In this document: positions 9,115 to 18,182 of the stretch, piece after piece | Position numbering within the stretch: the first letter of the stretch is position 1 | How the letters are laid out: every line of letters begins with the position of its first letter | NCBI GenBank assembly: GCA_046754105.1 | Contig: JBHHVD010000031.1 | Span: 1 to 32,746 of the forward strand | Reading direction: 5' to 3' | DNA length: 32,746 bases | DNA from: Candidatus Krumholzibacteriia bacterium | GTDB taxonomy: Bacteria; Krumholzibacteriota; Krumholzibacteriia; WVZY01 | Position numbers and translations under genes: made by a program | Notes under the pieces: generated by a model | Seen by the model: only the letters and a program-made list of their open reading frames with translations | Database searches by the model: none | Told to the model about the DNA's origin: nothing

Positions 9115-10012
9115 ACTCGCATGGCTGTCCCTGTGCGCGCCGGTAGCGGCGCTGTGCCTCGCCGCCGCCGTGGTGAATGCCTACGACCGGCGATACCTGC
9201 CGTTGAACGCGGCGGTCGGCGTCGCCGATGTCATTGTGGTCGCGGCCGTCGAAGCGGCACCGGACGGGTCCGTGCGCCACGACCGTGAAAGCGCTGCGAT
9301 CCGCGTCCTCGAGATCTTGAAGGGAGACGTCACCTCCGACCGGTTGACCGTCTCCCTGCATCCCGGCCACTGGCGCGCCCTCGGACGCTGGAACGCCGGA
9401 GACCGGCACATCGTCTTCCTGCGCGAGCCACGGCCCGCGGCCGGGCGAATGATGGAGGTCATGCTCGACGGCACGTGCCCGTACGAAGCGTCTACCGCGC
9501 GCTCCGTGCGCTTCGCCGCCGACGAGCTGCCCAGCTGGTCCGGATCGCAGCGGGGCGTGGCGACGCTGCTCGTCCCCGAGAAGTTCCGCGTGGACCCCGG
9601 CGAGGACATCGACCTGTGGATCGGCTACAAGAACGTGACCTCGCGCGACGTCGTGTTGAGTTACCGGAACTGGCCACTCGAATCGCACACGTACTGGGAG
9701 CTTTGGGTCGAATCCGATGCCGCGGGCACCGTCTCCCCCGTGTCGCACCCGCACGTGTCACCGGCGGAGGTTACCGAGTATTTCTCGACCAACCCGCACC
9801 TCTTCGAGCTCACACTCGAGCCGGGGCAGACCTATTTCTTTCCCCTCCTTCGCGTGAACTCGGCCGAGCACGGCTGGGGCTATAAGGAGCGGCTCGATTT
9901 CAAGTACTACCCCATGAAGGCGCCGGGGCGCTATTCGATCACCGCCCTGGGCCACCACGTGCGCCGCGACACTATGACCCGCGCCGAACCGTTGCAGGTG
10001 TGGATAAAATAG
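9101..10012 (+). CDS. Secreted hypothetical protein
   Basis: GGAGG SD at 9090-9094, signal peptide MARRRLAWLSLCAPVAALCLAAAVVNA, overlaps the upstream stop codon. Confidence 0.7.
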   Translation: MARRRLAWLSLCAPVAALCLAAAVVNAYDRRYLPLNAAVGVADVIVVAAVEAAPDGSVRHDRESAAIRVLEILKGDVTSDRLTVSLHPGHWRALGRWNAGDRHIVFLREPRPAAGRMMEVMLDGTCPYEASTARSVRFAADELPSWSGSQRGVATLLVPEKFRVDPGEDIDLWIGYKNVTSRDVVLSYRNWPLESHTYWELWVESDAAGTVSPVSHPHVSPAEVTEYFSTNPHLFELTLEPGQTYFFPLLRVNSAEHGWGYKERLDFKYYPMKAPGRYSITALGHHVRRDTMTRAEPLQVWIK

Positions 10013-10112
10013 AGGCGCAGCTTCACGACCGGTTTTCGTGTTACGCTCACGCCGATGTCGTCCGAGCGAATTGCACGCCGCGCGACGCGGAGTCGGGCGG
10101 CGCCACGGTGCC

Positions 10113-10535
10113 ATGATCGAGATTACGGATACGATCGCCATACGAGAGGATGAGATTCGGCTGGAGTTCATCCGCGCGTCGGGCCCCGGCGGGCAGAACG
10201 TCAACAAGGTGGCCACCGCCGTGCAACTGCGGTTCGACGTTGCACGCTCGCCGTCCCTCACCGACGCCGTTCGCGCGCGTCTCGCCCGCCTCGCCGGCCG
10301 CCGCATGACCCGGGAGGGCGTGCTGGTAATCACGGCCCGGCGCTACCGCACCCAGGAAAAGAACCGCGCCGACGCGCTGCAGCGGCTGATCCGCCTCGTC
10401 GCCGACGCGGCGGCGGTCCCGAAGAGACGCCGCCCCACCCGGCCGACGGCCGCCTCGCGCGAGAGGCGCCTGCAGGACAAGCGCCACCGGAGCCGGGCCC
10501 GGCGTGCCCGCCGAGTCGACCCCGATGACGAGTGA
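10113..10535 (+). CDS. arfB: Alternative ribosome-rescue peptidyl-tRNA hydrolase ArfB
   Basis: FIRASGPGGQNVNKVATAVQLRFD, RTQEKNRADAL, basic C-terminal tail RRPTRPT. Confidence 0.95.
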   Translation: MIEITDTIAIREDEIRLEFIRASGPGGQNVNKVATAVQLRFDVARSPSLTDAVRARLARLAGRRMTREGVLVITARRYRTQEKNRADALQRLIRLVADAAAVPKRRRPTRPTAASRERRLQDKRHRSRARRARRVDPDDE

Positions 10536-10597
10536 CACCGCGCCTTCCGGGAGCCCCGGCCGTCACGAGCCCGGACCCTCCTGTTGGAGCCGGGCCC

Positions 10598-10630
10598 GCG
10601 GGCGCCGGCTCGCCACGAACCGGCGCCCGC
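10598..10630. terminator. Strong GC hairpin downstream of arfB (no U-tract)
   Basis: GCGGGCGCCGG (10598-10608) pairs perfectly with CCGGCGCCCGC (10620-10630). Confidence 0.35.
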
Positions 10631-10722
10631 CCCTCCGGCACCGCGCCGGCACGCCCTTTGCTGGAATCTAGGCAAATCTGTGTACGACGATCGTGGTACC
10701 GGCCCCGGTGGCCGGCAGCTTT

Positions 10723-10736
10723 TTGACAAAGATCAA
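10723..10736. promoter_or_regulatory. FNR/Crp-family binding box TTGAC-AAAG-ATCAA
   Basis: 9/10 match to TTGAT-N4-ATCAA. TATATT at 10758-10763 lies at about class II promoter spacing. Confidence 0.6.
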
Positions 10737-10803
10737 GTACTGCGTAATCCTAACTAATATATTTAGTAGTAAGATAGTGAGCATCTATGTCCGATCGGGC
10801 CCC

Positions 10804-10832
10804 TTGACAGCGCCCGCTCGCTTGTATAGAAT
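10804..10832 (+). promoter_or_regulatory. Sigma70 promoter of the hem operon (TTGACA-N17-TAGAAT)
   Basis: Consensus -35, 17-bp spacer and 5/6 -10 box, 58 bp upstream of the first ORF. Confidence 0.75.
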
Positions 10833-10890
10833 ATTCACAAGTGCCTAGTTTTAGCTAGCTTTTTGCTCTGTTTATTGCACACTTGATGCC

Positions 10891-11541
10891 ATGAAGAACC
10901 GGCCCAACCGCAGCGACGAATGGCTCACCCTGGCGCAGGCCGCCCGGCGCTTGAACGTCCATCCGACCACCCTGCGGCGCTGGGCGAACAACGGAGACAT
11001 CCGCGTGATGCTAACACCCGGTGGTCACCGGCGCTTTGCCGCGTCCGACGTCTTGCGGTTTGCCAGCGAGCGCCACGCCATCCGCCCTGTCGACGGCATA
11101 GAACAGATCTGGGCGAGCGAGGCGCTGGAGCAAACCCGCCGGCGCATGGTGGATCAGCGCAGCCCCGACTGGATGAGCCGCTTCGATGAGAAGGCGCGCA
11201 AGCAGCACCGCGCGCTCGGCCAGCGCCTGATGGAGCTGATACTACAGTACGTGTCCGATAGCAACGGGGATGTCCTTTTGAACGAGGCACGCGCCATCGG
11301 TCGCGAGTACGCGACGCACGCGCTCCGGCTGGAGCTGCCGTTGAAGCAGGCTCTGGCCGCGTCCATGTTCTTTCGTGACGCGCTGGTGGGCTCGACGATG
11401 GAGTTGCCGGACAAGGTCAAGATCTCCACCGAGGACAAGATGCGGTTGCTCGGCCGCATCAATAAATTGCTCAACACCGTTCAACTTACTGTCGCAGAGG
11501 TTTACGATGCCAACGCTGCCGATCGCCTGCCTGGGTCTTAG
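10891..11541 (+). CDS. HTH_17/MerR-like (excisionase-type) DNA-binding protein with an all-helical, probably RsbRD_N/globin-like C-terminal domain
   Basis: WLTLAQAARRLNVHPTTLRRWANNGDIRVMLTPGGHRRF is a classic HTH_17. About 150-aa helical C-domain. First gene of the hem operon. Confidence 0.85.
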   Translation: MKNRPNRSDEWLTLAQAARRLNVHPTTLRRWANNGDIRVMLTPGGHRRFAASDVLRFASERHAIRPVDGIEQIWASEALEQTRRRMVDQRSPDWMSRFDEKARKQHRALGQRLMELILQYVSDSNGDVLLNEARAIGREYATHALRLELPLKQALAASMFFRDALVGSTMELPDKVKISTEDKMRLLGRINKLLNTVQLTVAEVYDANAADRLPGS

Positions 11542-12814
11542 TCACCATACCGCTCCCCTCGAACTACGGGAGCAATTACGATGTACGCTTGCGGAGCTCG
11601 ACCAGGTCATCGACCCCCAGAGTGGATGCCAGCGGTTCGGCGGCTGCGGAGAGTTTGCGCTGCTTTCGACGTGTAATCGTGTCGAGCTCTATGCGTGCCT
11701 GGATCCGGAGATCGTCGACGCGCGCGCGTTCCTCTCGGAGATCCTGACCGAAACAACCGGTGTCGATATCCAGAGGGTCGCCGACTACTTCTACTATTAT
11801 AGCGGCATGGACGCCGTCAACCACCTGTGCCGCGTCGCGGCCGGGTTGGAATCGCTGGTACTCGGCGAGCAGCAGATCCTGGGCCAGGTATCCGACGCCT
11901 TCCGCGAAACGGCGGAGCTTGGCGCGGCGGGCCCGCATATCTCGATGGTATTCCACGCGGCGATTCGCGCCGGCAGGAAGGCGCGAACGGTAACCTCGAT
12001 CAGCCAGAACCCGGCGAGCCTGAGTTCGGTCGCCATCGCCCACGCGCGAAAGCAGGCCGGCGACCTGTCGGAGCGGCAGGTTCTGGTCGTCGGATTGGGC
12101 GAGATGGGAACGCTGACGCTGAAGGCATTACGCGCCCGCGGCGCAACAAAGGTATCGATCGCCAATCGCACACCCGAGCGCGCCAGGGCCGCCGCCGACC
12201 AGTTCGGCTACGACACCGTTGCCATGAGCGAGCTTCCCCACGCGCTGTCGCTGGCCGACGTCGTCATCACGGCCACCGCTTCGCCCGAGATTATTATCAC
12301 ACCGCAAATGGTGCGCGAAGCCGTCGTCCGGCGCGACGGCCGCAGCCTGGTTTTCGTCGATATCGCCGTTCCCCGCAACGTCGACCCAGCGGTCGGCGAC
12401 CTTTCCGGAGTGTCCCTGTGCGACACCGATCGCCTGCGGGGCACGCTGGACGAGGCTCTGACCATGCGCCAGAAGGAAGTCCCGCTGGTCGAGGAGGTCA
12501 TCGACCGGGTACTCGCCTCGGTACAGAGCGAGCTCGAGGGCATGTCGTTCCGGCCGTTGATCACAGAGCTTCGCCAGAAAGCGGAATCGATACGACAACG
12601 CGAACTCAAACGGGCGCTGCACAACCTCGGTGACGTGGATGAGGAAACCAGAGAGCAGATTCAACACTTCTCGTACTCCCTCGTCAACAAGCTCCTGCAC
12701 GAACCGACGGTACGGCTCAAGAAAGAGGCCGGCAACGGACACGCCGCCGAATACGAAGCGACGGTCCGCAACCTTTTCGGCCTCGTGGAGGACCGAGAAG
12801 GTTCGGTTCGATGA
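11507..12814 (+). CDS. hemA: Glutamyl-tRNA reductase
   Basis: GLSHHTAPLELRE, LSTCNRVE, GLESLVLGEQQILGQV, VGLGEMG, DIAVPRNVD, NKLLHEPT. Start ATG 11507. Confidence 0.97.
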   Translation: MPTLPIACLGLSHHTAPLELREQLRCTLAELDQVIDPQSGCQRFGGCGEFALLSTCNRVELYACLDPEIVDARAFLSEILTETTGVDIQRVADYFYYYSGMDAVNHLCRVAAGLESLVLGEQQILGQVSDAFRETAELGAAGPHISMVFHAAIRAGRKARTVTSISQNPASLSSVAIAHARKQAGDLSERQVLVVGLGEMGTLTLKALRARGATKVSIANRTPERARAAADQFGYDTVAMSELPHALSLADVVITATASPEIIITPQMVREAVVRRDGRSLVFVDIAVPRNVDPAVGDLSGVSLCDTDRLRGTLDEALTMRQKEVPLVEEVIDRVLASVQSELEGMSFRPLITELRQKAESIRQRELKRALHNLGDVDEETREQIQHFSYSLVNKLLHEPTVRLKKEAGNGHAAEYEATVRNLFGLVEDREGSVR

Positions 12815-14547
12815 GCGGCCGGCGACAAACCGTTACCATCGGCACCCGAACTTCGAAGCTCGCGCTCTGGCAAACCAACCACGTCGTCGAGCTGCTCAAG
12901 GCCGCCTGGCCCGGGATCGAGTGCCGGACCCGCACCTACGTCACCGAAGGCGATACGCGCCGCGACGTGCCGCTGCCCGACATGGGAGGCCGCGGCGTCT
13001 TCACGACGCTTCTGGAGTCCGCGCTCCTGACCGGCGAGATCGACGTGGCCGTTCACTCGCTCAAGGACCTGCCCACCGATGAAAACCCGCAGCTCACCGT
13101 CGGCGCCGTCCCCGGGCGGGAGGATGCACGCGACGGGCTCGTCGCCCGCAACGGCGAGACGCTGGCGGCACTGCCCGACGGCGCGGTCGTGGGAACGAGC
13201 AGCACCCGGCGGCGGGCGCAGCTGCTGTCCATCCGCCCGGACCTCTCCGTGCGCGAAATCCGCGGCAACGTCGACACGCGGCTGCGCAAGGTCATGCAGG
13301 GCGACTACGACGCCACCGTGCTGGCGGCGGCGGGCCTGCGCCGGCTCGGCGTCGAGGACGCGGTCAGCGACTGGCTCCCCCTCGACCTGGTGCTGCCGGC
13401 GCCGGGCCAGGCGGCGCTGGCCGTGCAGTGCCGGCGGGACGATGCGCGCGTGCTCGAGATTCTCGGCGCCATCGACGATGACGAGGCGCGGCAACACGTC
13501 ACCGCCGAGCGGACCTTTCTGCGCCGGCTCGGCGGCGGCTGTTCGCTGCCCGTCGCGGCCCACGCCGTCTCGGGCGATTCCGCCGCGGCGGACGCCGTCA
13601 TCTATATGCGCGGAGTGGTCGTATCCACCGACGGCCGCCGGGTGATCCGGGTCGAGGGCCGGAGCGAGGACGCCGGCGAGCTCGGGGACCGTCTGGCAGA
13701 GGAAGCACTGGCCCAGGGCGCCCAGGACATCCTCGACGCCTTCGCGGATGACGTGCCGCTGCGCGGCAAGCGAATCGTCGTAACCCGCGCGCGCCGCCAG
13801 GCACGCGAGCTGAGCGAACGCCTGTCCCGTCTCGGAGCCGTTCCCATCCTCGTACCCGCCATCGAGATCGCACCGGTGGCGGATCTTCGTGCCCTCGACG
13901 ATGCCATACGGGCGCTCGACACTTTCGACTGGGTCGTCTTTACCAGCGCCAATGCGGTCGAGGTCGTGTGGCAGAGACTCGAAGCGCTCGGGCAGGCGGA
14001 CAGGGGGCTCGGGGGGGCGCGCACGGCCGCCGTCGGGCCGGCGACCGCCGGGGCCCTGGCGGAGCGCGGCGTGACGGTGGACCTCATCCCGTCGGAACAC
14101 GTCGGCGAGGCGGTGGCGCGGGCGCTGGGCGATGCCACGGGGTTGCGGATTCTGCTGCCGAGAGCGGAGATTGCGGGCGGCGAGCTGCCCGAGGCGTTGC
14201 GGGCCAACGGCGCAGCGGTCGTCGACCTGCCCGTGTACCGGACGCTTGCCGCGGATATCGCGGCCGAACAGATCGCCGAGTTGAAAACGGCGGACGTGAT
14301 TACGTTTACGAGCGGTTCGACGGTTCGCAGTTTTGTCAGGGAAATGGAAAAACACATCGAGCGCTCCGCTGCCGGCGACCGCGCCGCCGTAGCTGCTATA
14401 ATGGAGAGGGCGTGCATCGCCTGCATCGGTCCCAGGACGCGTGAGACGGCGGACGGGTTGGGCCTCACCGTTCACGTCACTCCCGGGGAGTACACGAGCG
14501 AGGGGTTGGTAGAAGCGCTGGTGGAATATTTCAGAAAAGGCCGGTAA
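12811..14547 (+). CDS. hemCD: Fused hydroxymethylbilane synthase / uroporphyrinogen-III synthase (HemC-HemD)
   Basis: HemC motifs [36 protein letters not shown] and GGCSLP are followed in frame by HemD motifs [31 protein letters not shown] and CIGPRT. Confidence 0.95.
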   Translation: MSGRRQTVTIGTRTSKLALWQTNHVVELLKAAWPGIECRTRTYVTEGDTRRDVPLPDMGGRGVFTTLLESALLTGEIDVAVHSLKDLPTDENPQLTVGAVPGREDARDGLVARNGETLAALPDGAVVGTSSTRRRAQLLSIRPDLSVREIRGNVDTRLRKVMQGDYDATVLAAAGLRRLGVEDAVSDWLPLDLVLPAPGQAALAVQCRRDDARVLEILGAIDDDEARQHVTAERTFLRRLGGGCSLPVAAHAVSGDSAAADAVIYMRGVVVSTDGRRVIRVEGRSEDAGELGDRLAEEALAQGAQDILDAFADDVPLRGKRIVVTRARRQARELSERLSRLGAVPILVPAIEIAPVADLRALDDAIRALDTFDWVVFTSANAVEVVWQRLEALGQADRGLGGARTAAVGPATAGALAERGVTVDLIPSEHVGEAVARALGDATGLRILLPRAEIAGGELPEALRANGAAVVDLPVYRTLAADIAAEQIAELKTADVITFTSGSTVRSFVREMEKHIERSAAGDRAAVAAIMERACIACIGPRTRETADGLGLTVHVTPGEYTSEGLVEALVEYFRKGR

Positions 14548-14549
14548 CC

Positions 14550-15662
14550 ATGATCGAGAAGACGGAAAAGAAATTGAAAGGCAAGAACTCCACGGCGAAC
14601 GGCGCGCGGGGAACCGCGGCCGAGAGGGGCATCACGGACAGGACCCCGCCGCATTACCACCCGTTCGTACGGCCGCGACGGCTGCGCCACTCACCGGCGC
14701 TGCGCGAAATGGTACGGGAGACACAACTGGGCACTTCGGATTTCATCTTCCCGCTCTTTGTAACCCACGGCAAGAAGGTGCATAAGCCGATCGCCTCGAT
14801 GCCGGGGGTCTTCCAGCTCTCGATCGACCAGCTGGCCCGTGAAGCCGAGTCTGTCGCCGAACACAATATCCGAGCGGTTCTGCTCTTCGGTATTCCGGAC
14901 AGCAAAGACCCCGTGGGGCTGGAGAATTTCTCCGAAGACGGCATCGTCCAGCAGGCGATTCGCAAGCTGAAGGAGACGTGCCCCGACCTCGTGGTCGTCA
15001 CCGACGTATGCATGTGCGAGTACACGGACCACGGTCATTGCGGGGTGCTCAGCCGCGGCGGCGCCGACAGCAAGCACCCGCATCTCGAGGAAGGCTACGT
15101 GCTCAACGACGAGACCCTCGTCATCCTGGGCAAAGTCGCGCTCTCACACGCCCGGGCGGGCGCCGATATCGTCGCGCCGAGCGGGATGATGGACGGCATG
15201 GTGTGCTCGATCCGTGAAGCGCTCGATGCGAACGATTTCTTGCACATCCCGATCATGTCGTACGCGGTAAAGTACGCCTCGTCGTTCTACGGCCCGTTTC
15301 GAGACGCGGCCGAGGGCGCACCGAAATTCGGCGATCGCAAGACCCACCAGATGGACCCCGGTAACTCGCGGGAGGCCCTGCGCGAGGCGGGCCTCGACGT
15401 GGAGGAGGGCGCCGATTTTCTCATGGTCAAGCCCGCGCTGGCCTACCTCGACGTCATCCAGGCCTTGAGCGTCGAGTACGGCGAACTGCCCATCGTCGCC
15501 TACAACGTCAGCGGCGAATACTCGATGGTCAAGGCGGCCTCGGCCAACGGCTGGATCGACGAACGGGGGGCCGTCATGGAAACGCTCACCGGTATCAAGC
15601 GCGCGGGCGCCGATTTGATCATCACCTATCACGCAAAGGATGCGGCAAAATGGCTGAAATGA
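14550..15662 (+). CDS. hemB: Porphobilinogen synthase (Zn-type)
   Basis: [20 protein letters not shown] (three Zn-ligand Cys), [33 protein letters not shown]. Confidence 0.97.
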   Translation: MIEKTEKKLKGKNSTANGARGTAAERGITDRTPPHYHPFVRPRRLRHSPALREMVRETQLGTSDFIFPLFVTHGKKVHKPIASMPGVFQLSIDQLAREAESVAEHNIRAVLLFGIPDSKDPVGLENFSEDGIVQQAIRKLKETCPDLVVVTDVCMCEYTDHGHCGVLSRGGADSKHPHLEEGYVLNDETLVILGKVALSHARAGADIVAPSGMMDGMVCSIREALDANDFLHIPIMSYAVKYASSFYGPFRDAAEGAPKFGDRKTHQMDPGNSREALREAGLDVEEGADFLMVKPALAYLDVIQALSVEYGELPIVAYNVSGEYSMVKAASANGWIDERGAVMETLTGIKRAGADLIITYHAKDAAKWLK

Positions 15663-16852
15663 CACCCCGGGCGGCGCCGGGGGACGGTCCGGCGGACGAG
15701 GGCAAGGCGCATGCGGCGCCGGGGGACGGTCCGGCGGGCGCGGGCAGGGCGCATGCGGCGCCGGGGGACGGTCCGGCGGGCGCGGGCAGGGCGTGCCGCG
15801 AACCGGCCGCTCCGTTTCTCCGCGCGTGCCGGCGGCTGCCCGTCGATCGCACGCCGGTCTGGCTCATGCGCCAGGCGGGACGCTACATGAGTGCGTACCG
15901 CGAGCTGCGGTCCCGGCACGGAATGCTGGAAGTGATCGACACTCCCGAGCTGGCCGCGGAAGTCACCATGCAGCCGATCCACGCGTTCGGTTTCGACGCG
16001 GCAATTATCTTTTCCGACATTCTGCCGCCGCTGCGAGGTATGGGCCTCGACCTCGAGTTCGAAAAGGGGGTGGGCCCACGGATCGATAACCGCATCGAGC
16101 GTTCCGCCGACGTCGAACGCCTGCGGACGCCGCCGGCCGACGTGGCCATGCCCGCAACCCTCTCGGCGATCCGTCTCGTGTCACGCGAACTCGAATCGAA
16201 GGGCACGCCGCTCATCGGCTTTGCCGGGGCGCCGTTTACGCTGGCGAGTTACGCGATCGAGGGCGGCGGCTCGAAGAACTTTACACGCACCAAGTCCTTT
16301 ATGTACCGTGATCCCGTGGCGTGGGAGGGTTTGATGAGCAAGCTCGTCCTCGTGCAATCCGACTACCTGCTCGCACAGGCGGACGCCGGCGCCGATGTGC
16401 TGCAGGTTTTCGACTCGTGGGTGGGCCAGGCGCTGGACGTTCGCGATTACCGGCGTTTCGTTCGCCCGCACAACACGGCACTCTTCGCACGCTTGCGCGA
16501 CGCGGGTGTTCCCGTGATCAACTTCAGCACGGGTACCGGCAGCTACCTCGACGACGTTTCCGCGTGCGGCGGCGACGTCGTCGGGGTCGACTGGCGCGTG
16601 GGGCTCGATGTCGCGTGGCGCTCGGTAGGCGAAGGGAAAGCCATCCAGGGCAACCTCGACCCGGCCGCCCTGCTGGCACCCTGGCCGGAACTCGAGAGCC
16701 GGATCGATGACGTGCTGGACCGCGCCGGCGGCCGGCCCGGTCACATCTTCAACCTCGGTCACGGGATTTTCCCCGACACGCCGGTCGACAACGTGCGACG
16801 CCTCGTCGATTATGTACACGAACGGACATCTGGCGGGGGCGCTTCACAATAG
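15659..16852 (+). CDS. hemE: Uroporphyrinogen decarboxylase with N-terminal repeat extension
   Basis: [55 protein letters not shown] 15659 overlaps the hemB TGA (ATGA); alternative start 15650. Confidence 0.96.
   Translation: MTPRAAPGDGPADEGKAHAAPGDGPAGAGRAHAAPGDGPAGAGRACREPAAPFLRACRRLPVDRTPVWLMRQAGRYMSAYRELRSRHGMLEVIDTPELAAEVTMQPIHAFGFDAAIIFSDILPPLRGMGLDLEFEKGVGPRIDNRIERSADVERLRTPPADVAMPATLSAIRLVSRELESKGTPLIGFAGAPFTLASYAIEGGGSKNFTRTKSFMYRDPVAWEGLMSKLVLVQSDYLLAQADAGADVLQVFDSWVGQALDVRDYRRFVRPHNTALFARLRDAGVPVINFSTGTGSYLDDVSACGGDVVGVDWRVGLDVAWRSVGEGKAIQGNLDPAALLAPWPELESRIDDVLDRAGGRPGHIFNLGHGIFPDTPVDNVRRLVDYVHERTSGGGASQ
15671..15793 (+). repeat. 42-bp in-frame tandem repeat, about 2.9 copies ([14 protein letters not shown])
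   Basis: Units at 15671-15712, 15713-15754 and 15755-15793. Units 2 and 3 are identical over 39 bp; unit 1 differs at 3 positions. Confidence 0.95.
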
Positions 16853-16866
16853 GACACGACGATACC

Positions 16867-18147
16867 ATGGGCGGAACCGACAAATCGAAACACTTGTTCG
16901 ACCGCGCGCTCGAGCTGCTGCCGGGAGGCGTGGATTCGCCCGTGCGCGCGTTCCGCGCCGTCGGCGGAGATCCGTTCTTCGTCGAGCGGGCCGAGGGCGC
17001 GTACCTCATCGACGTAGACGGCAACCGTTACATCGACTACGTGCTGTCGTGGGGTCCGTTGATCCTGGGGCACGCCCATCCGCGCGTCGTTTCGGCGATC
17101 ACCGATGCCGCCGCCAACGGCACCAGTTATGGCACACCGAGCCCGCTCGAGGTGGAGCTGGCCGAGCTCGTGACCGGGCTCATGCCCGCGATCGAAATGA
17201 TCCGCTTCGTCAATTCGGGCACCGAAGCAACCATGAGTGCCCTTCGTCTCGCACGCGCCTTTACCGGTCGCAACAAGGTCATCAAGTTCGAGGGCAATTA
17301 CCACGGCCACGCGGACATGCTGCTGGTCAAAGCGGGCTCGGGCGTGGCGACCCTGGGACTGCCCGACTCGCCAGGCGTTACGGAGGCGGCGGTCGAAGAC
17401 ACGCTGGTGGCGAGTTACAACGACCTCTCCTCCGTCGCGCGGCTCGTCGAAGACAACCCGGTCGCCGCCGTCATCGTCGAACCGGTCGCCGGCAACATGG
17501 GACTCGTCCCCCCGGGGGAGGGCTTTCTCTCCGGACTGCGCGAGCTGACGGCCGCGGCGGGCGCGCTGCTCATCTTCGATGAAGTGATGACGGGTTTCCG
17601 GGTACACCCCGGCGGCGCGCAGGCGCTGTACGGAGTCACGCCCGACCTGACGACGCTCGGCAAGGTGATCGGAGGCGGCCTGCCCGTCGGTGCCTACGGC
17701 GGCCGCCGGGACATCATGGAAATGATCGCACCCTCGGGGCCCGTCTATCAGGCGGGCACCTTGTCCGGCAACCCCCTTGCGATGCGCGCGGGGATCGAGA
17801 CGCTGAGGGCGCTACGGGAGCCCGGCGTGTGGGACGCCCTCGAAGCGGCGGCCAGCAACCTGGTCGATGGACTTCGCGGCGCGGCGGGAAAGGCCGGCGT
17901 CCCGTTGCAGCAGGCGCGCGTCGGCACCATGTTCGGTCAGTTCTTCACCGACGAGCCCGTCGTCGACTGGGCCTCGGCGAACCGCGCCGACGCGGGCAGA
18001 TTCGCCGCCTTCTTCCGCGCCATGCTCGCGAACGGCGTGTATCTTGCACCATCCCGGTTCGAGGCGGGATTCCTCTCGACCGCCCACGACCCGTCGATCA
18101 TAGAACGCACGGTCGCGGCGGCCGAGCGGTCCATGTCCGCGCTCTAG
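16867..18147 (+). CDS. hemL: Glutamate-1-semialdehyde 2,1-aminomutase
   Basis: [67 protein letters not shown]. Confidence 0.97.
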   Translation: MGGTDKSKHLFDRALELLPGGVDSPVRAFRAVGGDPFFVERAEGAYLIDVDGNRYIDYVLSWGPLILGHAHPRVVSAITDAAANGTSYGTPSPLEVELAELVTGLMPAIEMIRFVNSGTEATMSALRLARAFTGRNKVIKFEGNYHGHADMLLVKAGSGVATLGLPDSPGVTEAAVEDTLVASYNDLSSVARLVEDNPVAAVIVEPVAGNMGLVPPGEGFLSGLRELTAAAGALLIFDEVMTGFRVHPGGAQALYGVTPDLTTLGKVIGGGLPVGAYGGRRDIMEMIAPSGPVYQAGTLSGNPLAMRAGIETLRALREPGVWDALEAAASNLVDGLRGAAGKAGVPLQQARVGTMFGQFFTDEPVVDWASANRADAGRFAAFFRAMLANGVYLAPSRFEAGFLSTAHDPSIIERTVAAAERSMSAL

Positions 18148-18182
18148 GTCAAGCGGGAGGGGCCCTTCAACGGGACACTGAT

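Noticed and set aside
10891..11541. Excisionase indicating a prophage or integrative element
   Set aside because: No integrase, att site or phage genes. The HTH is fused to a sensor-like domain and overlaps hemA.
3296..14475. Long antisense or alternate-frame ORFs (e.g. 3296-4696 +, 6147-7595 +, 12661-14475 -)
   Set aside because: These are shadow ORFs expected at high GC. They are Arg/Pro/Ala-rich, lack motifs, and overlap well-supported genes.
15671..15793. 42-bp repeats as a CRISPR array
   Set aside because: The units are head-to-tail with no unique spacers, lie in frame within hemE, and no cas genes are present.
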